Source of the DNA: Tubiluchus corallicola | Taxonomy: Eukaryota; Animalia; Priapulida | Assembly (NCBI GenBank): GCA_030141605.1 | Contig: JAQGDQ010000145.1 | Coordinates: 186,001 to 250,000 of the forward strand | Direction of reading: 5' to 3' | DNA: 64,000 nucleotides | Part shown: in pieces, positions 38,795-64,000 of the stretch | Layout: each line of letters opens with the position of its first letter | Position numbering within the stretch: position 1 is the stretch's first letter | Made by a program: the position numbers and the translations under genes | The notes under the pieces: generated by a model | Told to the model about the DNA's origin: nothing | What the model saw: the letters and a program-made list of their open reading frames with translations, nothing else | Databases searched by the model: none

Positions 38795-39819
38795 GTTTAG
38801 TTTATACAGTTAAAATCAAACCATTTTCTCAAAAAGTTATCAGAAAGACAGCTATGCGTTTATGAGCTGAATTAGTTTTTTTTAAATTCCACTAGGTGAT
38901 GCCACCACACAGTATTGCAGTGCCATCTATCCTATAGAAAGCCAATGAGATTTATGATCCAGAAAGACCTTAATTATTACAATAGAATATTAAATCTTAT
39001 AGAATAATTATTTCTTACTGTTCCTGTTTCATAATACCATTTCTCTACGTTGTCTGTTGAGAAAATATAAAATGTGTTCTATGAAAATTATTGCAATGCA
39101 CTGCACCAAGAGGCTGGACTTATTATTACTGGAAAAACCTTAAAAAAGCCTTGGCTAAGCTAAAACTTCAAAGATTCATTATTAAAACCTGACTAAATTA
39201 ATTCACGAAGACTGGGAAAAATTGACAGCTTGACACTGTTTCCAATATGGCAGGCCAATCACCCACACAGCAAAAACAGGAGAAAATAGATAAATTCACA
39301 TTTTCACTTTATTTTTTATAGTAAACATTAAATTTTAGTACCACAACATTCAAAATGCAGAAACTTTCTCAGCATTTATGAAAGAATAGTGCACGTTAAT
39401 TTATTAACATGCAATAAAAATTACTTATAATTAACAATAATTCCAATTTAAAATGTTTTACAATGCTTCCATAATATTACCATAACAATATCTGTTGTTG
39501 GTACAGAAGTATTTTGTAACAAAAATAGTCTTCTTTTTGTGACGATTTTTTAGTAAATTTCATCATAACAAGACACAATTTACGAACTGTTGATTGAAAA
39601 TAAAACAAAAGTTATACAGTGAAGCACATTCTTTCAATGATACACATAGCTTTAATTTTCATATACAATTTTTACATTCTAATTTTTCTGTATCCAAAGT
39701 GAATTTTGCATAACAAAATAGAGCAATAATTTACCCAACTGCAAATAAATATGTACGAATTTCATCTTTAAAACTGTACACCAGAACCTTGGTAAAAATT
39801 GTTTCTCTCAGCACTGACT

Positions 39820-39902
39820 GAATGAATTTAAATACATAGTTTACTAACAAAAATGACAAATGATCAATGAATGAATTTAAATACATAGTTTACTAACAAA
39901 AA
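39820..39902. repeat. Short direct duplication in the MetRS 3' UTR
   Basis: gaatgaatttaaatacatagtttactaacaaaaa occurs twice, 48 bp apart. Confidence 0.85.
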
Positions 39903-39908
39903 CGTTCA

Positions 39909-61054
<21,146 letters not shown>

Positions 61055-61654
61055 TTTAATTTTTGACCAGGAACAAAATTAGAATCACGTGTTACCAAAG
61101 AGCTGCTGTACAGGCAGATGTCACTGCAAAACGAAAAGAGTTGAGCCAGACATTGAAATATGCAACCAGAATTTGCTGAGTTAAAACTTACACATACGAG
61201 ACCAGTCATGCCCTAGTCACTCACGTCCAGTCATGTCCAGTTCTGAAAAAAACATGTTGTTCATCATACTTTTTTTTGGGGGGGGGGGGGTCACAGTGGT
61301 CAATGCTTTGTTGCATAAAGAGGCATCGATAATTTACTGTTAAACCACTTTAACTAACAGCTGTTTTCCACCTATCAATGTTGAATCCACCCAAGAACTA
61401 AAAAACAAATTTTTTTGAAACTGTGACAAGGTCCATGTGATACGACGCCAACTACATAAGTACAGTAATAGCATTTATTCTATTTATGCTTTCAATAAGT
61501 TTTTTATTACCAAATTGTTTCTGATTTAATATTACAGTGTTCTTCACCCGTTTCAATGTAGTATTATTCATAATTAAATACTGTATATTGTTTTATATTA
61601 TTTCCTATGATTTATTTTTAATTTTTGTCATTTTGTATTGTCACTGGTATCAGT

Positions 61655-61842
61655 AGTTGTTTGTTACTGTAAAGAGATGTATCTGCAGTTTTGTGTTGTT
61701 TTATCACTAATTAAAATGTTGTGCCACGCTTGTCAATAGACTTCAGTTGTTTGTTACTGCAAACAACTGCATGTGTAGTTCTGTGTTGTTATGATCCTTA
61801 CTAAAGTGTTGTTCTATGCTTATCTATAGACTTCAGTTGTTG
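61655..61842. repeat. 90-bp degenerate tandem duplication between MetRS and FABP
   Basis: agttgtt recurs at 61655, 61745 and 61835, with two alignable 90-bp units each ending atagacttc. Confidence 0.8.
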
Positions 61843-62461
61843 TCCTTCACTGGTGTTTTGACAGGTAACCTTTGTCCAAGTAAATAGCGTTGGTCAGCAA
61901 CTTTTGTGTTAAATGTCCAGTGTAGCCATTATAGGCTCACCAACCTCGTGTTTTCTACCAAGTTACTAGGTAAGTTTCTCTTTTTGTTAAAATGTAGTGA
62001 TTTGATAAAATCCCTTTGTTATACAATCAAATATTTTTATAAATTTGATAAATGAAATGTTTTCTTATGGCAACTATGAGTTTTTTCATAGTATAAAATG
62101 AGTAATGTTTCTAATTTTTCCTTGTGGTGAACTATGTAAGATGACACCATTATAAATTTAGTGTTTTTTTATTTTTCTACATGCGCAAGGTTAAACAGTT
62201 TTATATACTACGTGTAGTTTAATAAGTTTATACAATAGTTTTGTATTGTACGGTGATGGGAAACTGAAAGTGCAATGATATACTGTTATATTAGTATGTT
62301 GTGCTGTTATAGTAGTAATATTAACAATCGAACATTTCTTCTGCAGGTCCATCTCAAGACACACAGATTTGCAAAATTGTTCATTGACAATTTTTGCTAA
62401 AACAATCACACCTTACCAAGCAAGAGCTTTCAGACTTAAACTTAACTAGAATTCAAAAAAG

Positions 62462-62866
62462 ATGGAAAAATTTCTGGGAAAATGGACACAGGTAAAGCAC
62501 GAAAAGCTGGATGAATACTTGACCACTCAAGGAATTCCATGGCCAGTTCGTAAAGCAGCCATTGCTGCTGGTCTAACCACAGAAATCACGGAAAAGGATG
62601 GAGTATTCCAGCTTCACCAGTGGAATCTTATTAAGACAGTAATGAATCTGTCATTCAAGATAGATGAAGAGCTTGACTGGACACGACCTGATGGGAAAAA
62701 GTGCAAGACCAAGTTTTACTTGGATGGGGAGAAACTGATACAGGAAATGATGTTCGAAGATGAAAAAGTTGAAAATATTGTTAGAGAGCTTGTTGGGGAA
62801 CAGTTGGTTCAAACAGTAACAAGTGGTGACATAGTTTGTAAGAGATTTTTTAACAAAGCAAAATAG
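62462..62866 (+). CDS. Intracellular fatty-acid-binding protein (iLBP/FABP family), intronless CDS, 134 aa
   Basis: MEKFLGKW (GxW motif), SFKIDEELDWTRPDGKKCKT, IVRELVGEQLVQTVTSGDIVCKRFF; length typical of FABP. Probable 5' UTR intron 61970-62346 (TAG|gtaagt ... tttcttctgcag|). Confidence 0.92.
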   Translation: MEKFLGKWTQVKHEKLDEYLTTQGIPWPVRKAAIAAGLTTEITEKDGVFQLHQWNLIKTVMNLSFKIDEELDWTRPDGKKCKTKFYLDGEKLIQEMMFEDEKVENIVRELVGEQLVQTVTSGDIVCKRFFNKAK

Positions 62867-64000
62867 GCATTTAACCTCAAGGTATTTTCTGCAAGAGAGA
62901 AATTATGAGTAGAATTCAATTTTTGTTGCCATCTGTTGTGCACGCATTTCTTCAAATTCTTTTTTTCCTCGAGCACATTGTTATTTATTCTGTAACAAAG
63001 TGACAGTGACACATTCAGCGACAAAGGATTCATTGATTTTTGTAAAAATCAGTCTAAATATCTATCAGTGCCTTCAACTTTTGTAATTCCTTACTTCAGC
63101 TTGACAGGGTAGCCTTATATTATTACCTGTACATTTCGACTATCCAACTAAATTATGTCAGCTCATAATTTTTAATGTAAAACGTAAGTATGTAAGACAC
63201 TACTAACTCTGGCTATGGTTTACTTTTTAATAATTTAACAGTTCACTGCAATCATATGACTTGATATACTACGTACTGCATTGATTTACGGATTTCAAAA
63301 ATTTTTCGTACTTTCAGCTAGCCATGATTAGGTGAGCCCATGTGATGTACCTGTATGTTAACTATAGCTGGAATCATCATGGCAAAAGCTTTTGTGAATC
63401 AGCATAATCTTTTTGTTCTTACGAATGTGAAAATATGTTTACCTTGAGCAATGTCAAAAATGAAAATTGGTAGTAAACTTTAGATATTATACATTGTTTT
63501 ATTTTTTAATGGTGTTAATATGTCACATAACATATTATCAGTGTCTTTGTGAGATTCCAAATACATTTAAAAAGATAACTTTAATTGAAGCAACACAGTA
63601 ATTTGAAAAAAATATAATGCGTAACTTATTTTTCAGTTGAGAAAGCAAGCAAGACAAACAAAATAGCTAAAAATACACATGCCGCTACACTATGCTACAA
63701 ATTCTCTTTAAGCTATAAAGCTAAAACATCTATAACAAATGATATTCTTTCTGACATAACAGTATTTAATGAATCATATTGAATATTTAATTAATTACAT
63801 GAAAGATATATAATAACTAAAATTTTAGCTACATTGGTCGCCTGGTAACCATATTTCACAAAATAACAATTTTATAACAGAATAAGTCTGTGTGATTACA
63901 AAAGGTCCATTTACAACCAAAACTCAGTAATTTAGCAAAAAATGTTGAACAATGCTTGGGTTACAGACCTGATTAGATGATAAATTACAGAACACATGAC

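Overview
AT-rich, intron-rich animal (probably invertebrate) genomic DNA, not prokaryotic. By following GT-AG splice sites and reading frame by hand I reconstructed five protein-coding genes. Three are multi-exon minus-strand genes: an SLC43 (LAT3/LAT4-type) amino-acid transporter (12 coding exons, running off the left edge), an oxysterol-binding protein OSBP (PH + FFAT + ORD) and cytoplasmic methionyl-tRNA synthetase (22 exons; GST-like, catalytic and WHEP domains). A KCTD7/14-like BTB gene is nested antisense in MetRS intron 7. A fatty-acid-binding protein with an intronless CDS lies head-to-head with MetRS. Introns carry Harbinger- and hAT-type MITEs, LINE and SINE remnants and satellites. 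The most striking observation is in OSBP: the exon encoding the (EQ)VSHHPP fingerprint and the following lipid-pocket strands is present as two intact, diverged tandem copies (about 54% aa identity). They are separated by only 35 nt containing UGCAUGUGUG, which suggests a mutually exclusive exon switch of the lipid-binding pocket. All gene models are manual, with no expression data or database searches, so novelty is unverified.
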